Shown here piece after piece: positions 26,160 through 39,705 of a stretch of 64,000 bases of DNA. A program made the position numbers and the translations under genes. Origin of the DNA: Octopus bimaculoides (lineage: Eukaryota); NCBI RefSeq assembly GCF_001194135.2, contig NC_068997.1:55136415-55200414 (forward strand). The letters are read 5' to 3'. Each line of letters opens with the position of its first letter. Position 1 is the first letter of the stretch. The notes below the pieces were generated by a model. It worked only from the letters and a program-made list of their open reading frames with translations. It was not told the DNA's origin and made no database searches.

Positions 26160-26640
26160 CATATACCATTGTCAACACCACCACCACCACCACCTTCACC
26201 ATCATCACCACTATCATCATCATCATCATCATCATGATATTATTTACTCAATGTCATGAATATTCCTTACAAATTCCCATGCTTCCTGCAATTCTCCAGC
26301 CCTACCCCCATGCACCGTTTCCTCCTCTTTAGGACTCTTTCACTGTCCACTTGGCTGTACTTTTTCTGCTTTTTTTTCTCTTTACTGCAAACACACCTTT
26401 TGCTTTCGTTGCTGTTTTTCTTTACTTGACTTTTTGCTTCTCTCTGTTCCCTCTTTTAGCCTTTTCTAAAAAGTTATAGTGCACTTGAGCACTGCATACA
26501 ATAAGCTCACCACCACTACCACCACAGCCACCACAGCCACCACCACTACCACCACAGCCACCATTACCATGACCATCACCACCACCATCACCATCAGTTA
26601 CCACCACCACCACCACCATCATCATCGCTATTAATTTCTT
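26160..26640. repeat. (CAC)n/(CAT)n trinucleotide-rich low-complexity tracts
   Basis: Visible at about 26175-26235 and 26505-26625. These tracts produce the Gly-rich minus-strand ORF 26422-26673. Confidence 0.85.
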
Positions 26641-27269
26641 ACATTTACTTTTGAACTTGTCTTTCAAGGTCAATGTCCTGAAACTTTATTTTATCCATCA
26701 CATCATCACCATGGCAACATAATTAGTCCTAACAGTGTCACACATCACATCAGTTCTGCAGTCATTCTTTTATTTCTATCAGTCACTGGACTGAGGCCAT
26801 GCTGAGGTGATGATGGGGCAGCACCTCCTTCGACAGCTTTTGTTTGTCTCTTAAACCAAACATACTGTTTACCATTAAACCTGGTGCATATTCTATCACC
26901 CTCATTTCCCCAGGCTGAGAGGATATAAAGAAATCAGTTGTCAAAGGGTGGGAACAAACACAAGCACTTAGATGCACACACACACAAACACACAGTTGTA
27001 TAGCACAATTCAAAGTGCATGACATATAACTAATATTTAGCTCCAAGGACACATGCACTCAACAAGGAGTGCATTGCATCGTATAGCAGAAACAGCTGTA
27101 AGCTAATGAAGTGTTCATTACATAATTTCCTGTTTCTTTCTCATTAATTTCACTTCATGTGTGTGTGTGTGTGTGTTTTATATTTGTATGTAATATTGTT
27201 GAACCATTTATTTAAGACTATTAGGCCTCTGGTTATGTAGCTATAAAATTTGTGTACCAATAACAGAGA

Positions 27270-27555
27270 CAAAGTTATGAAAGGGAAACTTTTGAAGTGG
27301 GAAACAGTTTTCAAGTATGGCATTGATGTTTTGTAAGATGAATATACTGCAAGATACTGTCATACCATCTATGGCCAATATCTTTCAATAATACTCTCCG
27401 GAGTACATTAGGGCCACTAATGCTCTGTGATCGAAACTGGAGTGACTGGTATGTGTAGGCTAAATGGCATTCATGAACTCAGAGTTCAAAGGGCTCAGAA
27501 GATGCATAGATGTTTTGTTATGCAGATTTATACTTTAGAGTGGCAAGGCAGTAGT
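27270..27555 (+). pseudogene. Decayed RTE-LINE ORF remnant (post-RT region)
   Basis: Across frameshifts: ETFEVGNSF/KYG (27285-27321, cf. LEVVxSFxYLG), ML(C)..ETW-like ATGCTCTGTGATCGAAACTGG (27420-27440, cf. LYGSETW), HRCFVMQIYTLEWQG (27505-27549, cf. IRCxVQxxRLRWxG). Confidence 0.45.
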
Positions 27556-28766
27556 TTTCATAAAGTATTAAAGTAGTAGCTGTTATGGTATGGTGTTAAA
27601 TGTTTATTTTGATAGGAGTAGGTCTTGATACATGTGGAAATATTTAATTGATACTGTATACCAGCATATCTCAGTGAATTTCTGAATGTTGTTAGATATA
27701 TATAATTACATGGGTATCTTGAGATATTCATGTGTGAGCCGCACCTAAAATCTAATCACTTTGTGGCAGTTGGTCCTGTGTACCATCATCACTGGGGTCC
27801 ATTTTAGAGATTCTCTGATGTAAATTTAAGAGATACAGTATCAGAGTTCACTTGACATTACAGCTATGTCACCCCGGCCTCAGTGCAGGTTTGTTGTTCA
27901 TATATTCAGGAATTGTTGTGGTAATTAGCTAAATGGCACCAGGGAGATTTGGTGACAGGGATATCTTTGTAATATCAGCAAATTAAACAAGAACAGAGAA
28001 ATTTCTTTGGTGTTATCATTCACTGATTACACACACATCAAAATTTAATTCATTCTATACATATATAAACAGTAAATGGTAAGCAGTAATCAAATATGAA
28101 GAACCTTTTGTTTTAGTCTTTCAACAATATTGACTGAGATTAGATATGGAAATGTGGTCATTCCGGTGCAGTACCAACAAAGATTTTAGTCTTTCATATC
28201 AACTCCAAGGATTTTTTTAAATCATAGCCTATTATATAATTCTATACATGATATATGTTGAGCCGCTAAGTTAGGAGACAGGAAGGTACACACCACTGGG
28301 GTTATTTTTTAGACATATATATATCAGCACACATACTACATAAATATATTATAAACACACACACATACACAAAAACAGAAACAAATACATATATATCAAT
28401 TTTTATTAGGAAAAACTTAGCAGTGATGAAGTTTCAAGCAAGCGAAACTTCAAAGTTACTGTAAATCATGATTTGTAAAATTTAAATAAGTATGCCTGTA
28501 TTATTATTAGTATTGAGAAATCCTTCAGTTTAATGTTAAACTGTCTTTATATATAACTTCTCATAAAAACAAACATAATTAAATACATTTATGCGTTTAG
28601 AGGGAATGGAGATGGTAGATACATACTGCATATGTTTCCAAGGCAAATTGAATGGAAGTTATATACTATCAAGGTAATTACATACATAATCAGTATCTCT
28701 CTTTTTCAGGTAATTACACTTATTGTTTACAGGTTCTTTGTCAAAAATAAATATTGGGTGCATATA

Positions 28767-28823
<57 letters not shown>

Positions 28824-28910
28824 AGTAACTTTTGTGTTGATTGAGACTGTTGTTATTCTTAAAACACCTTTAAAACAATAACCTCACTTTGACACACACA
28901 CACATATTTA

Positions 28911-29052
28911 ATGGTCTTCAATACAATTTCCATCCACTAACTACTGGTCAAATCAAAGTTTTGGTAGAAGAGACTTGCCCAAGCACCATGCAGCAGAACT
29001 GAACCCAGACCTACGTGATTACAATAGAAACATCTTAATCACACAGCCATGT
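28911..29052 (-). mobile_element. SINE family A head, degenerate
   Basis: GTAGAAGAGACTTGCCCAAGCACCATGCAGCAGAACTGAACC...ACACAGCCATG. Confidence 0.65.
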
Positions 29053-29571
29053 CAGTAAGTATATACGATTTTTGTTGTAGTCTAGTAAAACTGCTCTGCA
29101 TACCAATAACTTGTTAATTCACAGAGAAATTCCCAACTTAGTAACGTATTGCAAATGTTTCGCCATTTTACAGACTTGTTTGATGAATCTGCATCCAAAC
29201 TTTATTGAATGAAAGTCACAGATTCAGAGCAGAAACCATTAAAAACGCATTAAATGGTCACTCGAAATTTCAAGCAGATCTCGTTTACAGGAACACTTCA
29301 GTGTTATGTCAACTGTGTTGTTGGTATGTGGGTAGATCCAGTGTGTGTGTAAGTGTGGAGAGGTGGGTATCAGGTGGAAGGTATATTTGTTGCTGCCTGA
29401 CTAAGACAACCAAATTCCTTTGTATATATGTGTAGTATGCGTGTGTTTGTGTGCGTACACATGCATACACACACACACACACATATATATATATNNNNNN
29501 NNNNNNNNNNNNNNNNNNNNNNNNNNNNNNNNNNNNNNNNNNNNNNNNNNNNNNNNNNNNNNNNNNNNNNN

Positions 29572-29640
29572 TATATATATTGGAAGGTTTGGAGGTGATG
29601 TACAGGAATTATGTATTGGAAAAAATAATAAGGTACTCAA
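29572..29640 (-). mobile_element. Truncated copy of the Penelope-like LTR fragment at 61082-61230
   Basis: TATATTGGAAGGTTTGGAGGTGATGTACAG.AATTAT...AAGGTACTCA is the reverse complement of 61171-61230; both abut (TA)n. Confidence 0.75.
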
Positions 29641-31038
29641 AAAACGTGTGTGTATGTAGGTCCCAATTCTAGCAGCTTTAATAGCTAATGTCTAAACACT
29701 ATGGATTGGTTTGAGAGTAGACAAATAGGTAGAATAGGGGTAGATAGATATGGCTAGAGTTATGTGATCTAATTAGCGAGATACGTGTGTATATGTGTGT
29801 ATGCACATGCTTAAATGTCTGTGAATGTTGTCCATCGGCATTTGAGTAGAACTGTGCTGATGTTGACATTTCTTGTTGGCATTATGACAGTGTGTTTGCT
29901 TTCAAAGATGTGAAGAATATAAAAAAAATCCCTTATCTGACAAACAGGTGAGGGGGGTGGTTAGTGACTGGAAGAGCAGCATCCAGCTATAAAATTCTGC
30001 CTCAAAATCAATTCCAACTGAAACCGGGCTAACATGGAAAAACGAATATTACATAAGTAAATGGACACACACACACACACACACACACATACGTGTATAT
30101 ATGAAAATATATCTTTTTACAATGCTTCTTTCATCAGGCCATATATACCTTGGAGCATATTAGTGAATGTACAGTGTGACTACCTGCATTTCATGCAGAT
30201 CTATAGTGTGTGCCTTGTTTGAAAGTTCAGGGATAAAGAGCTGTTGTTTTGTGCAAGTATTCACATGTGATGAGCTTCACAGCTAAATGCATTTTAATGA
30301 ACAAGATAAGAATAAACTCACATAATGAACACATTATGCAGATTATTATATTATGTCACTAATTGGATTAAATACTGAATGAGGGACTTCAAGTTTGAGT
30401 ATGATAAACCTCACGAAGTCTTTCGACTAAATAGATAGAAAAAACCTTGGAGCAGAAAATTTGGAAAATGATAACATGAAGAAACTCCCTATTAGAGAAA
30501 TTTCATAACCCCACTCTGTGCATTTGTGTGTGTGTGTGTCTGTCTGTCTGTCATGCATACACAGACGTTTTCAAAATAGAAAATGCTGTTCCAAAGCTAA
30601 AGCACAATGAAAAACCTATGAAGCTGAGTATGAAAGATCAAGGGAGAGAGAGAGTATATATTGCAGACATATCAAACCCATGCCAGATGTTAAAAGCCAA
30701 TGTCACTGATAGCTTGATTATTCATAAATACACAACTAAATCCACTATAAATGTAAAAAATAGGAGGGAGGAAAGACAGATTGAGGGAAAGATAGAGAGA
30801 CAAAGTGGGTAGCGAGGGAGAGAAACGTATATCTATGTCTCAGAAAAGAAATAATTCAAAATCTTCAGATTCTAACCCTCAAGATTTTAGTTCACATACA
30901 GATTTCGTGTGTGTGTGTACTCACACACGTGTGCAAACCATATAAAGTGATAGGAATGTGTGTATATTGCAATATGCATGTACATTAGTAAGAATATAGA
31001 CACACACATATATATAAATCTGTAAATATGTATCCATA

Positions 31039-31069
<31 letters not shown>

Positions 31070-31083
31070 ATATNNNNNNNNNN

Positions 31084-31129
<46 letters not shown>

Positions 31130-31789
31130 GATAGTATAGGATAAAACAAAGAAAAAATGAGACTAGTAAATAGTTTTTGCTTTTATTGGTGGAAAGGTGA
31201 GCTGTTGTTATGTTGTGGTATAGAACACATTCTCCTTGAGCAGAAAGATTTTTATCTTGAGAAAATCAGATGAGAGAGTTTGGTTGAAAGATAGAAAATT
31301 CACATCTAAGACAGACCACAGGCAGCAACTGGTCTTGTCAATCATCTGTTATCTTAGTAAACTAGCAAAGAGTGAGAACTAAGTCAGATGTGAGAGAAAA
31401 TAGTCACAGCAGATGGCAGCACAGTTGTGCGACTGTCGATGTGAGTAGAAATTGTTGCTACTAGCAGATTGTAATTCTGGGTTCAGAGAACAACACAGAA
31501 CTAAAAAAAGGTTTTCTCCGTTGTTTTCCAATGGGAAATAAAACTCATATTTTAACCGTTTACCTTCCTCAGTCAGCTGCAGCTAAGATGCTAGGAATCG
31601 CTCATCACCATTAGTTTCATTATATCCTCACTCTCATGTTGTCTCATCCAATAACACCAATATATTAGAAAATGACTATTTTTAAATCTCACAACGTGAG
31701 ATATTCAGCAACAGTACTTTGGAGTAAAGATTGTTTGCTAACATAACATGGCAGTCCTGGTTTAGGACGAATGTTGCTGTAATTTAGCC

Positions 31790-31960
31790 CCAGGTGAGCA
31801 AGAGAGACCAATACAATAAGTACCAAGCTTACAAAAATAACTAAAAAAAAAAAAAAAACTAAGTCGTGGGGTCAATTCATTTGACTAAAAATTCTTCAAG
31901 GCAGTGCTGCCCCAGCATGGCCACAGTCTAATGGCTGAAACAAGTAAAAGCTAAAAGGTA
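31790..31960 (+). mobile_element. SINE family A tail
   Basis: AATAAGTACCAAGCTTACAAA...GGGGTCAATTCATTTGACTAAAA...CCAGCATGGCCACAGTCTAATGGCTGAAACAAGTAAAAG. Confidence 0.75.
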
Positions 31961-33094
31961 AAGATCAAAGATAAGTTTGTCAGGGGTCAAAGGTCCATGT
32001 GTTTGACCTTTGCAGGTCATGTCAGATAGTTGTGGCCATTATAATACCCAGGATGTAAAACATAGGTACAGAGGCAGTGGGGTGTGATGAAAATGCTTTC
32101 AACAAAAGGAAGCATTGGGAAACCAACCAAGAACCATGTGGTGATGTTAAGTCAAATACCCAGACAAGTTGACTCCTGCTTAATCTACATACACCCATTA
32201 TAACCAAAATGGGAATTGAATGCAGAATTTGAAGTCTCTAATAGATTTGTGTTGTTTGAGAAATTCCTAACAGTTGAATGGTTTGGGGAGGGTTTTAAAG
32301 AATCATGTTCTGTGGCTTTCAAAGTCTAGAAAGTTTATAAAGGTCTCATCACAAACTCTTCAAATCTTCCTTTAGATTCTGTTCTAAACAAATCGTTAAA
32401 ACTACAATTGTTATAGTGTTGGTTAGAAGTGAGATATAGTCAGGGTGAAATTGGTTTGTCGCTGTTGTACTGAAAGACTGTATGTAATTTCATGCAAAAC
32501 AAACTTAGTTTACTTCAGTTTATTCCAGTGTAAATGAAGATAAACTATTTAGAGCCAGGTACTTCTTATTATGCTGCTGTTAGGTAAATTAATTATTCCA
32601 ACAATATTTACAGACCTAAGTCTGTAAATATCAAGGAAGAGACAGTATTATGTATGTCATTACTGAGAGAGATTGATTCCGTAAACATTGAAAAAGGCTT
32701 TCTTTCATTACACTTGACAATCATTCCTCTAGTCAAGGCACTATTACCATTACCAGCAACGATCTTATCATCATCGTCATCATCGTCATATAGCTAACTC
32801 TGTTGACTTGTTTGTCAGGATCTAAGATATTTCGTTGGAAGCAGCAGCTTTGCCTTCTATGTACAAAGAAACTCTCTCACCAATTATAGTACACAGCACT
32901 GTCAGGAAAAACAAAACAAAACAAATGTAACAGTTTGTAAGTATTTTAAACATCTTAACATGACTTTTCCATCAGGTCATGATATGGCATCATTATTCAT
33001 CACTACCCTCTATACACACACACACACACACACTCTCTCTCTCTCTCTCTCTCTCTCCATTCACACAAACATGCAGATGTATGTATGCGTGCAT

Positions 33095-33322
33095 GTGAAA
33101 GTTGTCATTTGCACCACTCACATGAGATGGTGATGGTGTGAGTGGCAAAATGGTCACCTCGTATTTCCAGTCCTGGCAGTCGTTATGTCCTAAAGATCTA
33201 TGCTCTGGAAACACTATAACAAAAATTGTTGCATGGGTAAGAGTTGGTGACAAAAAGAGCATCCGGCTGGAAAAAATACTGTTTTTAATAAGTACCTATC
33301 AAACCCATGCCAGAATCGAAAA
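33095..33322 (+). mobile_element. RTE-tail-type retroposon fragment (family C)
   Basis: GAGTTGGTGACAAAAAGAGCATCCGGCTG...AAACCCATGCCAGAATCGAAAA. Confidence 0.6.
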
Positions 33323-34380
33323 ATAAATGTAAAAGAAACAAATGGACATGTGTATGTGTGCAGCTGTATTATACATGTGCGTGTGTGTATGTGAGTCTAT
33401 ATGTATATAATGTACATGATAGAAAATATGGAAAATATTGCAGAAAAAGAGAGTGAAGGAGCCTAATATATACAAAATACAGTCATAAATATGTATGAAT
33501 ATACACATGTAATATATACAGACATTCATACACACACACATATACATATTACATGAAATATATTCATAAATAAGCACTTACACGCAGTGGGTGCATATGG
33601 CTATATATATATATTAATCTATCTATCTATATATATGTGTGTGTGTGTGTGTATATATATACATATATCTGTCTATCTATCTATCTATATTATATTATAT
33701 CCATATATCGTATATAATATATTCATAAAGAAATACACATATACATTCATATATGAATGCATTGTAACAGATATATTTTTCCCCCTCCACTAATATAAAA
33801 ATAATTCAAATATTCTCTGAAAGTACTTTAGTCTTGTAACACCAACATATCCTCTCCATATAAAAGCGTCCTATTGTTATATTTTTCCACACAAGTATTC
33901 TTTACCAGCAAGCATCATGAAATGGAATATGGTTTTCAAAAATCTTTCATGACTCTTGAAAAGATATCTATGTATGAGAGAAAACAAAAAAAAAAGGAAA
34001 AATAGAGAAGAAAAAAGCAAACAGAAATCATAACACGAACGAATAAATAAGCATACTTGAAAAAAAACTGTACCATGTAAATAGAAAAATCTCATTGCTT
34101 TGATATGTACGCATGAGTTTTTGTAAACAAAACCACCTAGTGGGATATAAAGAATGGTAGATTTTATTTTTAATGGTATATTTGAAAGTCCCACTATATA
34201 CGCGCATGTGTGTGTGTGTATTGTCATGCACATTTATAGGTTTGTAGAATGCATACATATATATATATACATAGATAAATGCATATAGAATATGCTCATT
34301 TATAATGTAAACATACAGAAATATATTTACACACCTAAATACATAAAGCACATTTGTGTGTGTGTATATACACACGTACG

Positions 34381-34412
<32 letters not shown>

Positions 34413-34656
34413 TAGAGAGAGAGCGAGACAGAGAGAGAGAATTCAATTATATATAAATATATCTATAAATGTATATGTATGTGTGTGTATATATATTTAC
34501 ATACATTCATAGATATTTATATATATNNNNNNNNNNNNNNNNNNNNNNNNNNNNNNNNNNNATACATAAACATGCATACGTACATGTATAAATATGTATA
34601 CACACACACAAACATATATATATATATATATATATATATAGATAGATAGATATATA

Positions 34657-34766
34657 TCATCATCATCATCATTTAACATCCGCTTTCCATGCTGGCATAG
34701 GTTGGACAATTTGACCAAGGACTGGCAAACCAGATGCCTGCAATTTGATCTGGCAGAGTTTCTACA
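34657..34766 (-). mobile_element. RTE-tail-type retroposon fragment (family C)
   Basis: CATCATCATCATTTAACATCCGCTTTCCATGCTGGCATAGGTTGGAC. Confidence 0.7.
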
Positions 34767-34778
34767 TATTATATATAC

Positions 34779-34815
<37 letters not shown>

Positions 34816-34860
34816 GATACACGCACAGTGATAGAGAGATAGATAGATATTAATATATAT

Positions 34861-35016
34861 AGGCATGGCTGTATGGTAAGAAGTTTGCTTCTCAATCACA
34901 TGGTTCCAAGTTCAGTCCCACTCTGTGGTACCTTACACAAGTGTTTTCTACAATAGTCCAAGGTTGATCAAAGCTTTGCGTGTGTATTCAGTGGATGGAA
35001 AGTGAAAGAAAATCCC
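34861..35016 (+). mobile_element. SINE family A head
   Basis: AGGCATGGCTGTATGGTAAGAAGTTTGCTTCTCAATCACATGGTTCCAAGTTCAGTCCCAC. Confidence 0.75.
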
Positions 35017-36701
35017 ATGACATATGTGTGTGCGTTTGTGTGTATGTGTGCGAGTATGTGGTACTGTCTCCTTGCCTTGATATCACATGACATTTCTGCT
35101 ACAATCTTTCAAGTGGTGACCTTCATTTACAATCTTCCATATGCACATGTCTGGCCATGGGGAAATATTACCCTATTATTTGGAAACAAGTATGTATTGT
35201 ATGCATATATTCATAACTGTGTGTGTTGGTATATATATGTATATATACATACACACAGACAGTACATGTACACATACACACATATATGCATAGATATATA
35301 CATAAACATACGTGTATGCCGATATATATATATATATATATATACATATATATACTCATGGTTGCACACAAAATTATTAAAATATGCATATTTCCATGAA
35401 TGGATAATTCATTATGTTGTGTACATAATTACTCATGCAATACACCCAGCCAGCTTTACATACATCCCCCACCCTCTTTACAACACAACATACCCCACTC
35501 CACACATAAATATTCCACCGACAATCATTGATCTATTGCTTATAATGAAACCTAACCTAATAACAGTTCATCACACAGTGAAACACTAATTATTAATTCT
35601 ATAGTTCCACAATAAAAACCTAGTGACCAATTCTAATATACACCCTAACCCAACTCATTTACTGTGCCTTTACAATGTCTAGGACTCAGCATCACACCAG
35701 GTTACATTTGGAGGGGAGGGGTCCTTTCCATGCTACAAGTCCCTCTCGATCTTTCTACATTTATTTACATATCTCTGCATGTGTGTGTAGATTTATATAC
35801 ATGCATATATATATATATATATATATATATANNNNNNNNNNNNNNNNNNNNNNNNNNNNNNNNNNNNNNNNNNNNNNNNNNNNNNNNNNNNNNNNNNNNN
35901 NNNNNNNNNNNNNNNNNNNNNNNNNNNNNNNNNNNNNNNNNNNNNNNNNNNNNNNNNNNNNNNNNNNNNNNNNNNNNNNNNNNNNNNNNNNNNNNNNNNN
36001 NNNNNNNNNNNNNNNNNNNNNNNNNNNNNNNTATATACACAGGGTGTATATATCTACAGAGAGAGAGAGAGAGAGATAAACAGATAGATAGATAAACATA
36101 TATAGATGGATACATACACACGGACACATGTTCAAGTAAGCTTAAATGTCTACAAACTCATCCATTTAACCAATCAGAAATCCAGAGGCTTAACGCTAAA
36201 ATGTATGGCTCGACACCATCAATTCTCCCCCATTTCAGGGGCATTTTTGTTCCATATTTTTCATCTGAAATTTTTATCAATATTTTTGGAGGGTCTTTGG
36301 TTTATGTTTGTTTTATTTTCTTCCAGGTCAGATTCTGCGACTGTCTAGTGGCATCTTGGTGTTAATGGATAATCTTCATGCTGTGGTGTATACATTTCTA
36401 CTCTAAGGGAAAGGGAAAAAAAAGAAAACCCATTCATGGTTATGGTTGTCATTGCTCTTCTTTTTCTTTCTTTTTCCACTCTTACTCCTCCTCCTCCTCC
36501 TCCTCCTCCTCATCCATCGATGTCCTTCACTCTCTTCCTCTTTCCTTCTGGCATGTTTCCACTCTTTCACTCTTCAACTCACTTATGTCCTTCAATTTAC
36601 ATGAGTTTTCTTTTCTTCTTTTCTCTCTCCTTTATTTCTCTAAATACACATCTTTACCTACTCTGCTTTCATGTTTACATGCAATAAACAAATAAATACC
36701 A

Positions 36702-36732
<31 letters not shown>

Positions 36733-37465
36733 GAATAAATAAATGAATAGATAAAATTGGAATGACAAAAGAATCAAGATGAGAAGACAAAAGGAAGCAA
36801 AGATTCCTTCACCAAACAGTGGAAATCAATCAAATTGCACGGGAATGGATAGGACGTCCTTTTAGAATTACTTTTACAGATCTACTCTAGAAATACTACT
36901 TGAGTATTCAAAGAACATGACATCAATATTCAGTCAAAGAATACACACTGGAATCATAAGTGATATAAGGATCTCCAACAGAAATGAACCACACAGGCGG
37001 TTTGGCTCTCTTCTACAATCTACATGTTGTAAAATGTGTATATAGGTGTGGTTATGTATTTGCATGAACATGTGCATGCGTGTATATGTGTGTGTGCACG
37101 CGCACACACACTCACATATGGAGATATATAGTATTGCTATTTAGAAATGAATGTATGCAAACATAAAAGTCGCTTGCATATGAGCTGATGTAAGTATGTG
37201 TGAGTGTGTGTGTGTGTATGTATATATGTGCTGTGTATATATAAGTACAGACACACAAATAGCTTTAGAGGTTGACAAAGCTAAAGGGTCTGCCAATGCC
37301 ACATCAGTAGAACAGAGGGTTGTTTGAGAATTTCACAGTGGAATAGAAGCCAGTGATGTACAGCTGCTTGCCTGACTTAGCTGTGCTCTGTTTGGTTGGT
37401 AAAAGGATTATATAGGTGTGTTACAAATCATGGGTTACAAATGGAATTTATTCACTTTCAGCAAA

Positions 37466-37665
37466 GTGTCTGTTTGTCCCCCACCATCACTTAGCAACCA
37501 GTGTTGGTCTGTTTACATTCCTATAACTCAGCAGTTTAGCAAAAGAGCCCAATAGAGTAAGTACCAAGTTTAAATTTGGAATATATTCTGGGGTTAATTC
37601 AGTCAACTAAAAATTCTTCAAGTTGGTGCCCTAATGACTGAAAGAAGCAAAAATTAAAAGAAAGA
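37466..37665 (+). mobile_element. SINE family A tail
   Basis: TGTTTGTCCCCCACCATCACTTAGCAACCAGTGTTGG...AAAAGAGCCCAATAGAGTAAGTACC. Confidence 0.7.
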
Positions 37666-37677
37666 TACATACATACA

Positions 37678-37710
<33 letters not shown>

Positions 37711-37713
<3 letters not shown>

Positions 37714-37887
37714 GCTGAAGTATTAAACTTAATCAAAGGGCATAGTAAGTATGTCTACCTGTTGGAAATAACAGTCAAAACTCCTATTTAAATTGCCAAA
37801 ACACTTATTAATAAGAGTTTTGACTGTTATTTCCTGCAGGTAAACATACTTAGTATGTACTTTGATTAATTTTAATCTTTCAGCTAT
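37711..37887. mobile_element. Fold-back element / MITE, 78-bp arms with 21-nt spacer
   Basis: Arms 37711-37788 and 37810-37887 are 68/78 complementary. TA dinucleotides at 37712-13 and 37885-86 are compatible with a Tc1/mariner-type TA TSD. Confidence 0.8.
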
Positions 37888-39059
37888 TTAATTCCCTTTT
37901 GGGGCCTACAATGGCCTATATTATTGATTCTGTTATTATCATTTTTAAATTGTTACACTAGATAAAAACAAAGTCAATGATATCTTCGCAAATTAGTTTT
38001 TCTTTTCTCGTGAATCATTTGCTTCGTATACATATATATATATAAATGAGAAGTTCCAATAGATATATACACTAACAGATATATAGTTTTATACAACACA
38101 TATATGTGCATTTGTGTATGAAAGTATAAATGCAAACACACATATATTCCCAGCTGGCTTTACTGTGTGGTTATGAAATTTGCTTCAAAATTCCATGATG
38201 CTGTCTTAAAAATCCAACACCTTGTGAGTGAAAGGTGCAGATGGGAAGTGATAGTCTCTATTGTAGAAGTGAGTGCATGCATGTGTGCGCGTGTGTGTGT
38301 GTGCATGTCTGTCCATCCGACCCCCTTCTCTTGACACTTGCATGCTAATTACAAACAATACTTCAATATTCAAAAAAATGTTGTCATTTGTTTGCCATCT
38401 TTTGCAAAAGCAAGTTCAGGTTGTTTGATGTTCAACGCACAGGTAGAAATATTAGTTTGTTCAGGAAAGAGTTGAAGTTCACTTGAGAAGAGCATCAAGC
38501 CTCAAAAAAAATAAAAAGAAAAAAAAAGCCTGCCATGAGCAGTTCTCATCTGACCCATGCAGTCACAGAAAAAGAGACACTCAAACACAGACAATAATAA
38601 CCCAAGATATATGAATGTATACATATATGTATATACACACATTTATATATGTATATATATATATATACAAGCACATATATTTATGTGTATATATATATAT
38701 GCATACACACATATATTTATATATACATATATGTACATGCATACAATTACATATATATGTATATACACACACACATATCTATATATATAGCTATATACAA
38801 ACCCACAGAGGTGCTTCACTTCACAAACGGAAAATGAAAGAATACAGAAAATATTCTTTGCTAGAGTTGCACAGTTCCACTAAAAGTGCTCCTGTTTCAA
38901 TCGATAAAAGTCTGTAACAGTAGACATTACTCTGAGAAGCTGATAGCTATCAGAAAATATTAATTTATACATTTTATGCTTTTTCAGGCTTTCTTTTCCC
39001 TTTTTTTTTTGTCTCTGAAAACCCATTTTTTTGCATTTTAAGTTCATGTCCCATCCATA

Positions 39060-39093
<34 letters not shown>

Positions 39094-39187
39094 TACCAGC
39101 ATACAGAAACAGACACACATGTATGTACACATATGGACAAAGAAGCACATGGTAAAATGCAGAAGTGTGTGTAAATATTTTTGCTAC

Positions 39188-39229
<42 letters not shown>

Positions 39230-39546
39230 ATACACACAATGCATATTAATATATGTATATATACACATATATATTAATATATATATAAACAGTTATGTAT
39301 ATGGAAATCATCATCGTTTAATATATATGAGTATATGTGTGTGTGTGTGCACAGAGATGTATATAGATATATGCACATACACATTTATATATGGGTAGGC
39401 AAATACATACTAATGCAATATACATTTAGACACACACACACATGCCTGCATCCACTAACAGAAGAGACCTACATATGTGTGTTCGACTTATACATAATCT
39501 GATCTGTGTCTATGAAAGTAGTTTTTGGTACAGTGCATACACACAT

Positions 39547-39580
<34 letters not shown>

Positions 39581-39668
39581 GTATATACAAAAATACATCT
39601 AAATACAAAAATACATACATATAAATATATACAGGCATATACATATGCATATACAAATATATACCATT

Positions 39669-39705
<37 letters not shown>

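Noticed and set aside
26422-26673. Gly-rich minus-strand ORF (GDGGGDGHGNGGCGGSGGG)
   Set aside because: It is the antisense reading of a (CAC/CAT)n tract, with no splice signals or flanking domain.
31410-31450. Strong donor GAT|GTGAGT after ADGSTVVRLS / MAAQLCDCR
   Set aside because: No polypyrimidine acceptor upstream and no recognisable homology.
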